From a virus, in IMG/VR virus record IMGVR_UViG_3300036985_007703, positions 96,001 to 160,000 of that record: 64,000 nucleotides of DNA; one strand, written 5' to 3'. Shown here piece after piece: positions 52,914-64,000 of the stretch (positions are counted from its first letter, which is position 1; every line of letters starts with the position of its first letter). Made by a program: the position numbers and the translations under genes. A model generated the notes under the pieces. It was not told the origin of the DNA and did not search any database. It worked only from the letters and a program-made list of their open reading frames with translations.

Positions 52914-55900
52914 CGCGGCTCCCCCGCCTGCTGCGCCCCCGCCTGCCAACGCTTTTCCATGCAGTGTACGCAGGGATGCAGTTCAAGGATGACCTTGCTC
53001 TTCCACTCCTCGCGCCGGGCCACCATCAGGGGCGCCCCACAGCTTGCGCACTTCGCCTCAATCTCCTTCGACTTCATGCTGCCCCTCCCAGCGGAACGCC
53101 GGTTCGCGCACGGCCCACTCGTGGCCAGCCGCGCATGTTGCAATCAGGCGCTCAGTCAGCCCCTTGTCGGCCTCGATAAACCCAGCATGCCGCGCGTCGA
53201 CCACCCCTCCAGCACAGTGCGGACATGTCCCCCGCTGCAAGGCATCCTCGATGTCCGCCACCTTCTTCGCCTCAATCTTGCCCATGACTGCGCTGATCTC
53301 GCCCAAGAGATCCTTAATCTCGCTCATCCCTCGTGCTCCTTCCCCAACAACGGGGGCGCCCCGCACCCCGGATAGCGGTACGCGACCATCCGCTCGATGT
53401 ACTCGTCGCTCGTCCAGGCCTTGTCCTCAAACAGCCCAGGGCACTCGCGCAGGGCGATGTGCGAGGCCCGGAGAAACCGCTCGCGCGGGGTGGCGGGCCG
53501 GGTGCTCTTGCCCACGCCCTTGTGCATGTTGACCGCCCGCCGCAGCTCCGTGCGGTAGGCCTTCGCGCCATCCCAGTCGATCATGGCGTCACCCCCACCA
53601 TCCTGCCAAAACACGGCATGGAGCACGCGGGATGCACCCCGCTCCAGTGCGCCTCGATCTCGGGCACCTGCCGCCCGCACTGCTCGCAGACCACGCACTC
53701 CCCCAACGGCACGTAGTCCCCGTGCCCCTGCGTGGGGAACTGCGCCGCGGTCGGGTCATCGACCGTCCCGTCCGGGCGCACGCACCACCAGTGGGGTTGT
53801 TGGCCCCACGCGGCGTCATGGTAGTGGCCCCGCACAAGCCGCAAGGTAGGATCCGCCTGGCACCGCGCCTCGGCCAACTCCCGGCAGCGCCCGCGCAACG
53901 CCCGATCAACTGAGGTCATGGCTTGATCCTCTTGAGCTGCTCGACGATCCACCGCGCCGTCGTGGCCGTGTCTTCGGACATACGATCCCCGTGAGCAAAG
54001 TTGTTCTCCACCATGTCCACCGCCTCGACGATGGCCGCCGCCCGCCCCGAGGCGATCCCCTCTGTTCGCGCCACCGCTTTTTGCGCATACGCCGTCCGCA
54101 GGATCGCGACTAACGCCGTGATCTTCTCGGCCAAGGTATCGCCCGCTGGGCCGCGCGGGACCATCTCGTTCGCGGCCTCTAGCGCCCGATACGCCGCGTC
54201 AATGCGCTCCCGCAAGGCCCCCGCCTCCCGCCGCGCCGCATCCCGCTCCATGAGCAGCTTCTCCACCGCCCCCGGCAGCAGCTTCTCATCGAGCTTGTCG
54301 AACTCGACATGCTTGGCCGCCGCGTGGATGAGCTGCCACCGCTCGTTCGACCGCTTCCGCTCTCGTTCGAACCCCTCGCGCAGGGCCTCCACCTCCCGCT
54401 TCCACCGATCCAGCGCCACCTCCAGGTCCCGGCGCTGCCCCAGGAGCGACTCCGCGAAGGTCCCCAGCCGCTTTGGCAGGGTCTCCAGGTCCCCCATCTC
54501 CCCGCCGTACCCGAGCGCCCGGAACGCCTCGCACACGGCGTGGACGATGCCCTTGTAGGCATGGGCCTTCGCCCACCAGTAGTCGACCGAGTTGCCCTTG
54601 TAGATCATCGACCGCGCGAGCGGTTCCATCTGCGCCTCGACCGCCTCCAACTCCTCGCGCACCGCGTCCCGCTCGGCGGTCAACCGCGCGACCACCGTCC
54701 GGTGCAACAACTGGGGGACCGTGGGCGCAGGGGGATCGAGCGGCCGGGCCACCGGCAAATCCGCCGCATGCAGGTGGTGCCCGCAGTCGAAGCACACTTC
54801 TTGCGAGATGTTCACATGCCCCGACCCGCAGATCGGACACGTCACCCAGGCACTTGTGCTCATTGCGTGGCCTCCTCCTCCAGCAGCGCCACCACCCACC
54901 CGAACAGGGCGAGCTGCTCGTCGAGGTCCGCCTCGCCGTACCAGTCGGCCAGCACCTCGGAGTGCGCCCGCAGGGCCGCCTCGAACCCCACCAGCGCCGC
55001 GTAGTGCCCCTGCTCGGCCTCGTGCGCCTGGATCCAGCGGTCAATCACCGTCGACATCGCGCGCCTCCTTGGGATCCAGGCCGTACCGCCCCAGGATCTC
55101 CCGGCGCAGGGCCCGCGCCTCCCGGATCTGCCGGTTGACCTCGACCAGGACCGCCCAGTCCGCCGCCTCTGCGCGGGGTGGATCCTCCACCTCATCTGGT
55201 GGGCAGATGCAGTAGGAGTCCCGGCGCGTCCCCTCAGGCCACCGATCCCGGCAGGCGGGGCACTGGCGCTCGTAGGGCCACCCCACCGCGCAGAAGCACC
55301 TGGAGACGTGCTTATGGCAGTACGCCCCCTCCGCGGCCAGCCGCTCGTCAATCTCTACCGTCATAACGTCACCTCGCGCTCCAAGTAGGCCGCATCGCTC
55401 TCGATGTGTTCCGCCCGGTAGCGGTCGTGTCCCTCCTCGTGCCCCACGTAGCGCTGCGCCCGGTCCCGCAGGGCCGCCGCGCACGCCGCGAGGGCCTCTG
55501 CCCGCCCCGCCCGGCGCTCCCGTTGGCACGCCGCCTCCAGGGCCTCGCTGCGCGCCCGCTCCTCGGTCAGGGACTCGCACTGCTCAGCCCACTGCCGGTT
55601 CTGGCTCTCCGCCGCGCGCTGCCACCCCGCCGCGCTCGCCCACACCTCCTCCAACTCGACCTTTAGGCGCGCGTTCTCCAACTTCAGGTTCTCAAGCTCG
55701 CGCATCATCACTCCTCCCCCGAAAACAGCAGATCGCATCCGCTGGCCGACATGCTCAGGCCCACTAGCGTCGCCAGGTCGCGCCGGCGGTTCTGCCGATG
55801 CCGCTCCGTGCGCCGCACCGACTCCCGCTGCTCCTCGGTGAGGCCCTCCCACCAGGCCGCCCGCTCGATCGCGTTGCGCTCCCGCAGCGCCTCCTGCTGC

Positions 55901-58900
55901 GCCCGCAGGGCGGCATCCCGCTCGAACGCCTGCGCCCGCCGCTGCCCGAGGTCGCCCCGTCGCCGTGCCTCGCCCATCAGGGGTGCTCCTTCCAAAACCG
56001 CCGCAGCTCATCGCTCACCGTGGCGAGCCCCCAGCGCTCCCCCTCGTACACCTCGGGGCGCTGGGTGGCCTCAGCCATGCGTGCCTTCAACCATGTCCGC
56101 ACCTCATCGCGTGCCACCGCCCGTCCCTTCTGCTCTGCCGCACGCAGCGCCGCCGCCACGTCCATGCACATCTCCTTGGCTGTCGTGTCCTTGTTCACTT
56201 CAACCTCCCCATCGATCCTATCGAAGCCGTATAGCTCTCGTCATATCGCCCACGCAGGTATGCATCGCGCAACGCCGCCGCCACCCGCATCGCCACCGTC
56301 TCCACGGGCGGTTCCTCCTCGGCGGTCGTGCGATCGTTCGTCCGTAGCGCGACCTCCACCCCGTCCAACCACGCCGACAGCGCCCGCACCCGATCCCGCA
56401 TCTCCCGCCATTCCGCATGCAGATCCCGGATCTTGTGCCGCAGGGCCGCGACCTCCGCCGCCTCCCAGCAGCGCTCCCCGCAGGGGAACCCCGCCAGCAC
56501 CGGCAGCGGCAGCTCCCCGACCTGCACCCAGAGCGCCCCGTCCTGCGCGCGGGTCACCTGGTAGGCGATCCGCGTGTTGTCCGACAGGCCCTGGATCCCC
56601 TCGGGGGGACAATGCCAGTACCAAGCCCGCTGCCCCGGCGCGAGGTCCGCATACTTCTCCTGCCAGGCGTCCATCTCGATGCTCATGGCTTCTCCCCGCG
56701 CCGCACGCTCATCCGCTCGGGCGGCAGCTTGAACCCCCATCTGGCCGCCTCCGCCTTCAGGGGGCCCCAATGGTGGTGGTTGTCGCACCGCTCCCAGAGG
56801 TCCAGCATGCGCGCGTAAAGCACCTCGACGGGCTCCTCGATCATCTCGACCGTCACGCGCCACCGCCGCACGCTCACCTCACCGCTGCAGCAAGAGGGCA
56901 ACTCCTGCCGGAGCTGATCCAGAACGTGCTTCGAGGGGCGGTGGTAGGTCTCGAACATCACCAGATCCGGCACTCTCGTCATGACAACCCCTCGTCCGTA
57001 TCCACCAGCGCCCGCCACCCCCACACGGTGATCGCGAACGCCGGCCCCTCGTGGGTCTGCGCACACGTCTGGCAGTCCGCCCAGTCGTTGCACTTATCGA
57101 CCAGCTGCTCCCGCTCTAGCCGGCGGATCGCCGTCCAGTCAGCGGACCCATGGGGCATAATCCCCTCCCATGTTTCGAACGCCTTCGCCGCCGCCTGGAG
57201 CACCCGCCGGTCGTTCACCGTCAACCGCATGGATCCCCCGGCGGATCGAACAGCAGCTTGCCCCGTGGCTCGATGTACATGTCCGACCCGCGCTCGTAGT
57301 ACATCTCGCACCCCTGGTGCAGATACTCGACGCCGTCCGGGTGCTGGACCTCCACGGCTGTCATCTCCTTGATCTTGTCCCCGCACCCCGGCGCCGAGCA
57401 GCGCCACGTGCGGACCGTCGGATCCCCCAGACTCGTATTGGGCACGATCCGCGCCCGGCAGGTGGGCACGGCGAAGGAATCGATCCACGCCTGCTCGCGC
57501 CGCCGGCTCTCCTCCTCGTGCTTCGAGGTGGAGTGGGGCACCCAAATCACGTCCAACCCTGCTGGTGTCTTCTCGCTCATGGCCGCACCACCCCGTGCTC
57601 CCGCGCCGTCCGCTCGTGGACCGCGTCCCCCGTCACGTCCTCGCAGAGGGGGTCGCCGGGGTCCTCACCCGCCAGGCGCCAGAAGTAACAGTCGCTCTCG
57701 GGGTGCAGCCACAGCCGGTACGCCCCAGAGATTACGACCTCCCACCCGCGCTCCCGCAGGTCGTCCTTAATTTTCGCGATCAGCTTGCTGTGATCCATCG
57801 GTCATCCTCGCTTGCTCGTTCAGGGGGTAGATGCACTTGGCGACCGCCCACGAGAGGTGCCAGTCCATGCGGATGCTCTCGTACGGGCGCCAAACGATGC
57901 TCGCGAACAACCGCAGGCGCTTGAGCCACTCGGGTTGCAGGTTCCACCAGTCGATCATGGCTTCACCACCATCTCGGCGAGGCGGTCCATGGCCTCCCCG
58001 ACCACGTCCGCGGGGCCGAACTTCCCGAGCACGCGGTAGGCCTCCGCGCGCTTCTGCAGCACGGCCAGGGCCTCGGCCAGCAGGGCCTCGCGCCCCCGCT
58101 GAAAGGCCCCTTGGACCACCGCCTCGTGCAACGCGAGGGGCACCCACCCCGCCTCCAGGAAGGCCGCCGTGCGGGCCGAGCGCCGGAGGGCCCCCAGCTC
58201 ACGGCAGACCTGCGCGTCCAGGTCCTCCCGCGCCTCCGGCACGAGTTCCCCCATGATCCGCGCGTCCACATGCGCCGCCATCGCCCCCACGGTCTGCGCC
58301 CACATCACCTCCATGACCCCCGAGCGCGCCCGCCGCTCCGCGTCCTTGATCAGCAGGCGGCGGCACGTCGCGCAGGTGTGGTCCGGCGTCAGCGTCGGCG
58401 CCCCGCCCTCGACGTGGCCCATGCCGCACCAGCTCCGCGCCGTGAGGTCCTCCGTGCCGTCGAGCCCCACGCGGCGGTCGTGCCAGTGCGCAACCCCATA
58501 GCGGTTCACCATCCAAATCCCGGAGGGTGCGCTCATGGCGCGTCCCCCTCTAGCATCTCGCCCACTAACTCCTCGAGGAGCAGCTTCGTGTTGCTGGACA
58601 GCGGCGTGAAGGCCCCCTCCTTGCGCTGCACGACCCCCACGCACGCGATGACCCCGCGCGTCCGCCCCCAGAAGGCCCCCTGCACCCAAGCCGTGGCCAC
58701 CGCCGTGATCGCCTCGCGATCCACCCCCGCCGGCACCACGACCTCCTCCCCACAGCCCGGCCACACCGGGGCGACCTCCCAGGCGATGGCCCGCGTGGGA
58801 GGCAGCGTGGTCTGGCGGATCACCACCGCACACCCCCGCTCCGGCTGCGGCTCCGCCACGAAGACCCCGTGCCGCAGCACCCACGTGATCTCCTCCCCCG

Positions 58901-58917
58901 GTTCACGGCAGCTCATA
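52910..58917 (-). CDS. array of about 18 small, translationally coupled hypothetical early genes, many with CxxC motifs or coiled coils
   Basis: Continuous chain of ORFs with GGAG/GGGG RBS and ATGA overlaps (e.g. 53058-53327, 53324-53584, 53581-53919, 53916-54863, 54860-55057, 55041-55364, 55361-55708). Confidence 0.6.
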
Positions 58918-59253
58918 GTCAAAGTCCCAGGTGCCCCGCGCATCCTCCGTGATGTTGCAGAGGACCTTCCCCAGCCGCAGGGCCTCGCCCTGCTCCGCCA
59001 GCTGCCCCGCCGTGAGGGCCGCCCCGCGGCGGAAGATCCACACCTCGTCGCAGGCCCCCACGAGGTCCAGACACAGGGCCATCGCCCGTTCCCGCTCCGT
59101 CGCGTCGTCCATGAACTGCGGCAGATAGAGCTGCGGGGGGACCGGGTTGTGCCCGATGCCCACCACGCGCCGGCAGACCTCCCGGATGGCCCGCACGTTC
59201 CCCTCGGGGTCCGCGCTGAAAGGGTGGCAGATGTACACGCGCTTCATTTTCAT
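58903..59253 (-). CDS. nucleoside 2-deoxyribosyltransferase-like / DUF4406-type protein
   Basis: RVYICHPFS, GHNPVPPQLY, CLDLVGACDEVWIF, G...E. Confidence 0.7.
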   Translation of the reverse strand: MKMKRVYICHPFSADPEGNVRAIREVCRRVVGIGHNPVPPQLYLPQFMDDATERERAMALCLDLVGACDEVWIFRRGAALTAGQLAEQGEALRLGKVLCNITEDARGTWDFDYELP

Positions 59254-62200
59254 GGTCCCTCCGCATAGGCGCGCTCGACCTCAGCGCCCATCTCTAATCG
59301 CATCTCGCCCGCGAGGCTCTCCAGGAGCCCCCGCAGGTCGTGAAAGTGCCCCGGCGCGATCCGCGCCGCACGGGCGTCCAGCCACGCCGCGCAGGCGCGC
59401 ACCGCGTGCCCCGCCGCCGCATGGGAGGCCCCCTGCACCGCCGCCCGCAGCTCGTTGTCCGTATAGGTCCGCCGCGGCTCCAGCAGCTCCAAGGGGACCC
59501 GGCGTTCCCGCGCCGGGGTCAGCGTCACGCGCCCCGTCTCCTCGCGCCACAGGGCGTGGCAGCGCGGGCAGAGGTCCGCGACCTCCTCGGTGGTGCTCCC
59601 GTCGCTATCTTCCAAGGTGAAGGCCACGTGGTGCGTCGCGGGCGCCACGCACCCGTGCCCCACGGGGTCCCCGTCGATGGTGCGCCCCTGGTCGACCAGG
59701 GCGTCGCACACCACGCGGGTGAGGCTCGTGCCGCCCCCCGGCATCATGACCGTCACGCGGCTCATGGCCGCACCACGCGCTCCAGGTAATCCGCGTCGTC
59801 CAGCATGATCCCCCCGCCCTCCGTGGGCGCCATGGTCCCCCGGCGGCGCAGGGTCGCCACGCACACCGCGATGGCGTCCGCCCGCCCCCGGTCGTAGGCC
59901 TCCTGCCGCCCCTGCGCCCCGTCCTCCCGCTGGTAGCAGGCACACGCGCACTCCGCCGTGTTCAGCGCCCGCGCGAGGCTTCGGATGCGCTCGACGATGG
60001 GGCCCGCCGCGACGCCCCGCGCATCCAGGAGGCAGTGCGCCCTGGCCAGCTCATCGACATGCTGGATGACGTGCTCCGCCTGGCCCACCCCGCGCGCCGT
60101 CCACCCCTGCTGGTAGCAGGCATCCGCGAGGGTCTGGATGTGATCCGCCAGCGCCCCGTCCGGCAAGATCTCCCGGCGCCCCGGCATGGCCATGGCCACC
60201 GCCGCGTAGCCCTTCCTGAGGGCCTCCTGCGCCGCCACCTCCCGCGCCTGCCCCTGGAGGTCCTGCTCCCGCGCCGCCAGCCACCCCGCATCGTAGCCCA
60301 CCCGCTGGCTGGTCCGCGCCAGGGCGTCGATGCGCTCCGCGAGGGACAGCGTCGTGTTGGCGTCGGGCTCCGCCCCCGTGGGGAAGTTCCGCGTCACCGC
60401 GCGGTGGGCGTCCATCATGCGCTGGTGGTCCGCCGTGCTCGCCCCGAGCGCGCGCTGGCAGTCCTCCAGGAGGCACGCGAGGCGCTCGGTGAAGGAGGCG
60501 TGCTCCCCCACCCCCGCCTCCGAGAGGGCCAAGTTGGCCTGCAGCAGCACGGCCGCGAGGTCATCGTACTTATCCTTCAGGTCCTCGTACTTATCCTTCC
60601 AGTCCGTCATGGCTGACTCCTTCCTTACTCAAAACGCGCACGCCCCCGATCACCCGCATGAGGCGCTGCTGGACCTCCAGCGGCATGTCCTCCACGCGCG
60701 CCGCCGTGAGGCGCGCCAACCACTTGCCCGCCTCGTGGGCCCGCCGGCAGAGGATCTGCGCCGCGATGGTGGCCCGCACGGCCTCCGTCACGGGCTTCAG
60801 CATCCGCTTGTTGTCCCCCACCTCCCACCCCGTGCGGCGATTGAAGCGCTCGGGGGTCGCCATCTCGTTGAAGGGCTCCAAGATGATCTGCGTATTTGTG
60901 AGCCGCGCCACCCGGCGCACGATGATCCCCCCGTAGGGATACGTGCTATCCGCATAGACCTCGTCGCCCGGCTTCAGCGCGTCCATCCACATCGCATGCT
61001 CGTCCTTGCGTAACGGTTCCATGCTTCCCCCTCCTCTTCACACAGGGCTGCGGTTCAGCGCCCACAGCATGCGCGCCCCCTCGGTCTCCCCGACCGGGCG
61101 CAGGACCTGGATCTCGAACCGCGGCAGGCGCTTCCGCGTCAGCCACGGGTCGGCCTGGCGCTGGCGCTCCTGATACTCGGCCCGCATGTGCCGCGCGTAG
61201 GCCTCGGCCTCCGGCCGCGTCGCGAACGCCTGCCAGTAGTGGCCCTCGATCGGGGCGTCGTCGTCCCGCCAGCGCACCAAATAGTAGGGCCTACTCGCCA
61301 TCGGAGGCCCCCTCGGATTCAAAGTCATATAGCTTGCGCGGCTCGCGCACGGGCAGCACGGCCACCAGGGCCCGCACCGCCGCCTGGATCGCCTCCATCT
61401 GCACCAGCGACGCAAACGTATTCCGCATCAGGGCGCTATGCCCCGCCTCGATCTGGTCCGTCAAAGCCTCCAACACCGCCGACAGATCCGCACGCGCCTG
61501 CAGGAGCCCCGCAAGCTCCACGTGCTCCGCGCTCCCCGGCTGGATCAGCCGCTGCTTGATGTCGTACTCCCACAGACAGCCATGCCCCGTCGCCACATCG
61601 AAGTTCCAGCGGTCCCAACGGTCATAGTTGCCCGTCGTGTAAATCTGCCCCTTGCGCCGACTCGTCATGCGGCGCTCACAGAGCGCGGCGGGATGATGGT
61701 CGAAGATGATCACGGGATCCCCTGCCTTGAGCCCCGCGAGCCACGCCTGGTACTGCGCGTCCCTCATGACGCCACCCTCCGCTCGCTCCCCCGCGGGGAT
61801 CCGGGGCACCCCCATCTGGCAGAGCACGCACCGCTCCTCCCCCGCATGCGCCCCCGCGACGAGGGGCCGCGCCGCAACAACGCGGTGCAGGTAGAAGCCG
61901 TCAATCTCCGTGGGCTCGCTCATGCGCGCTCCCGCTTCTCCATCTCCACGATGGCCGTATCGCGCCGCACCCGCAGGGCCTCCTGCACGGCCCGCTGGCA
62001 CCCTGGGCAGATGGCCGCGAGGGCCTCCGCCGTCCACGCGCCCTCCGTGAGCCCCACCGTCGTGTGCATGAAGCCGTGGGCCGTGCCGTAAGGCCACGAC
62101 ACGCAGACCGCCGTCAGCGGGGTCAGCCCCGTGGCGAGGCGCGGGAGCTGGAAGACCGCCCGCTCGCGCCGCTCGTAGCCCCCCTCCGCGGAGAACTGCT

Positions 62201-62584
62201 CCCCGCACACGTCGCACAGGTAGGTCGTCGCCAGGGGGGCGCTCATGACGCCACCCGGATACGCGCGGGGCGCCCGTCCACGACGTCCCGCAGGGGGTGC
62301 AGGGGGCTCACGTCCACGAGCTTCACGAGGTGCCCCAGGCCGCCCCGCCGATCCCCATAGTCCCCGTTGGCGAGGTCCACGTGGGCCAAGATGTGGTCGT
62401 CAAAGACCACCACCACCGCGCCATCGCAATCGACTCGCATGGTGCGCAGCCCCCGCGCGTGCCCGTCCTCCTCCGTAACCCAGACCGCGAACGTCTGGGC
62501 CTCCCGCAAGAGAAGGGCCGCCCCGCGCAGCCGCTCGATGACCATCCGTAGATCCGCCCACGATGCCGTCGTCTGTTGTGTCAT
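59250..62584 (-). CDS. array of about 7 coupled hypothetical early genes
   Basis: 59250-59765, 59762-60610, 60591-61022, 61038-61301, 61291-61923, 61920-62246, 62243-62584. Confidence 0.6.
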
Positions 62585-62646
62585 GTCGTCCTCCGGGCGC
62601 AGCGCCCACCGGCCGGGGGCGCGCCATGCGCACCGGGCCTCCTGGA

Positions 62647-62676
62647 AACATGCGCACGATCGCCCAGGTTTGTCAA
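62647..62676 (-). promoter_or_regulatory. putative promoter TTGACA-N18-CATGTT
   Basis: Perfect -35 in an intergenic gap; weak -10. Confidence 0.5.
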
Positions 62677-62686
62677 CACAAAAGCA

Positions 62687-63427
62687 TCACCCCACCCCGT
62701 CGATGGGGTGCAGGCGCAGCGCCCGCCCATCCTGCTCCAGGCGCACCCCCGGCACCTTGCCCTTCTGGATCCACGTCCGCAGGCTGCCGATCGCCGTGGC
62801 CTCCGTGCGGTAGTGGTGCTTGATGCCCGCGAAGCCGATGTCGGTGAGCGTCGGGACCCGCCCCCCGATGGCCTCCTTGAGCGTGCATCCGGGGTGGGCC
62901 CGCACCACTTGGGCGAGGTTGCGGCAGGTCTCCTTGAACGGGGTCCAGCCCCCGCCGCAGGGGCTCCCCGCCGCAAGAAAGGTCTTCTGCTCCTCACAGA
63001 GCCACCGCCGCAGGTGGACCGCGCGCCCATGCCGGTGGAGGCGCGGGGGGTAGTGCGTGTTGTCCACGAGCTTGTCGATCGCGCTGCCCCCGTAGAGGGC
63101 ATCCAGGGGCCGCACCCCGATGACCCCGAGGCCCCACGCGCGCACGATGTGGTTGAAGGCCGGCCCCAGGTGCAAGTAGTGGTAGGGCACCGCCACCGAG
63201 GCATAGTGCGCGTACTGCCGCCACCACTGGGCCTGCTCCAGGACCTCGACGTTGAGGCGGACCTTAGCCTCGACCACCCACACGAGGGGGCCCCGCGTGG
63301 CCACGATGTCGCAGCTCCGCTCGCCGCCCTTGCCGTTGCGGACCTCCTGGTACACATCCCAGCCCCCCGCGCGCAGCCAGGCCACCACGGGGGCCGCCAC
63401 GTCGACCTCGGCGAGCCGGGGCTTCAC
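62687..63427 (-). CDS. PD-(D/E)xK nuclease-fold protein (MmcB-like)
   Basis: VYQEV...CDIVA....VWVVEAK...QA...GLGVI. Confidence 0.7.
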   Translation of the reverse strand: MKPRLAEVDVAAPVVAWLRAGGWDVYQEVRNGKGGERSCDIVATRGPLVWVVEAKVRLNVEVLEQAQWWRQYAHYASVAVPYHYLHLGPAFNHIVRAWGLGVIGVRPLDALYGGSAIDKLVDNTHYPPRLHRHGRAVHLRRWLCEEQKTFLAAGSPCGGGWTPFKETCRNLAQVVRAHPGCTLKEAIGGRVPTLTDIGFAGIKHHYRTEATAIGSLRTWIQKGKVPGVRLEQDGRALRLHPIDGVG

Positions 63428-63992
63428 GGGCCATCCCCGTCGAGACAATCACAGATGTAGTCAAGCCGCCTGGCATCCACTTGGTATCCGTGGGCCCGCG
63501 CCTCATCTCGCAGAAGAACCACGCGCTCCCGCAAGTCCGCCAAGGACCCCGCCCAGCGCCGCACCCGTTCCTCCTCCTGCTCTGCCGCAGACAAGGGCGC
63601 CGGAAGGTCGGGAAAGATCACCATCTGCATGCTCATGGCTGGGCCTCCCAGTGCCCGTGGCTCCCGTCCTCGACGCCCACGTAGCCCCGCCCGCAGTCCG
63701 GGCACACCAGGGGCCATCCCGCCCGCACCACGAGGGGGGCCCGCACGCGCTCCCCGCAGGCGCACTCCATCTGGCCCCACCCGTGGTGGGGACAGGGGTC
63801 GTCACAGAAATCATCGCAGGTGCAGCGCCCCGCGACGGCGAGCGGCACAGGGGCCTCCGGGGGCCGCACCACCCCCGCCAGCGTCCGCCACGCCCCCTCG
63901 ACCCAAGGCGCAAGCGTCTCCCGGACCGCCATGGTCAGCGAGGCCTGGGGGCACGGCACGAAGGCCCCATCGTCGTCGACCTCCCCCGTCAC
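63424..63992 (-). CDS. two small hypothetical ORFs (63424-63636; 63633-63992, Cys-rich)
   Basis: Coupled ORFs; the second has CTC..C, CACG and CPDCG. Confidence 0.5.
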
Positions 63993-64000
63993 CGCGAGCA

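Noticed and set aside
1-64000. Stop-codon recoding, tRNA genes, diversity-generating retroelement, integrase/att sites
   Set aside because: Core genes are uninterrupted in the standard code and end in TAA, TAG or TGA. I saw no cloverleaf, reverse transcriptase, TR/VR pair or integrase by eye, so lifestyle and host cannot be determined from this window.

Overview
This 64 kb window is a contiguous piece of a large, very GC-rich tailed dsDNA phage with a T4-like head and a contractile tail. Essentially every credible gene is on the minus strand, and I saw no host genes, tRNA, rRNA or CRISPR. Reading in transcription order (right to left): (1) about 17 kb of small, tightly coupled early/accessory ORFs (64-47 kb); (2) a nucleic-acid module with ASCH-like, Cas4-like nuclease and RuvC-like genes (46-43 kb); (3) a sigma70-type promoter, a ~90-nt structured RNA and a terminator directly ahead of the late region (42.7-42.9 kb); (4) small terminase, intein-containing large terminase, gp20-like portal, core proteins, gp21-like protease fused to a scaffold, gp23-like major capsid, gp13/gp14-like neck, decoration/fibre genes and a free-standing HNH; (5) tail completion, sheath, two tube genes, dispersed lysis genes, a frameshifted tail chaperone and the tape measure. 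Three signals stand out. About 12 unrelated proteins share an N-terminal 'MRxLLxRLxE' leader resembling a protease-cleaved capsid-targeting signal. An 18-bp alternating purine-pyrimidine palindrome (YGCGYAYGCGCRTRCGCR) occurs 11 times, inside and between genes. A promoter-sRNA-terminator unit sits at the entry to the late operon. All functional calls come from motif recognition by eye; no database searches were run.
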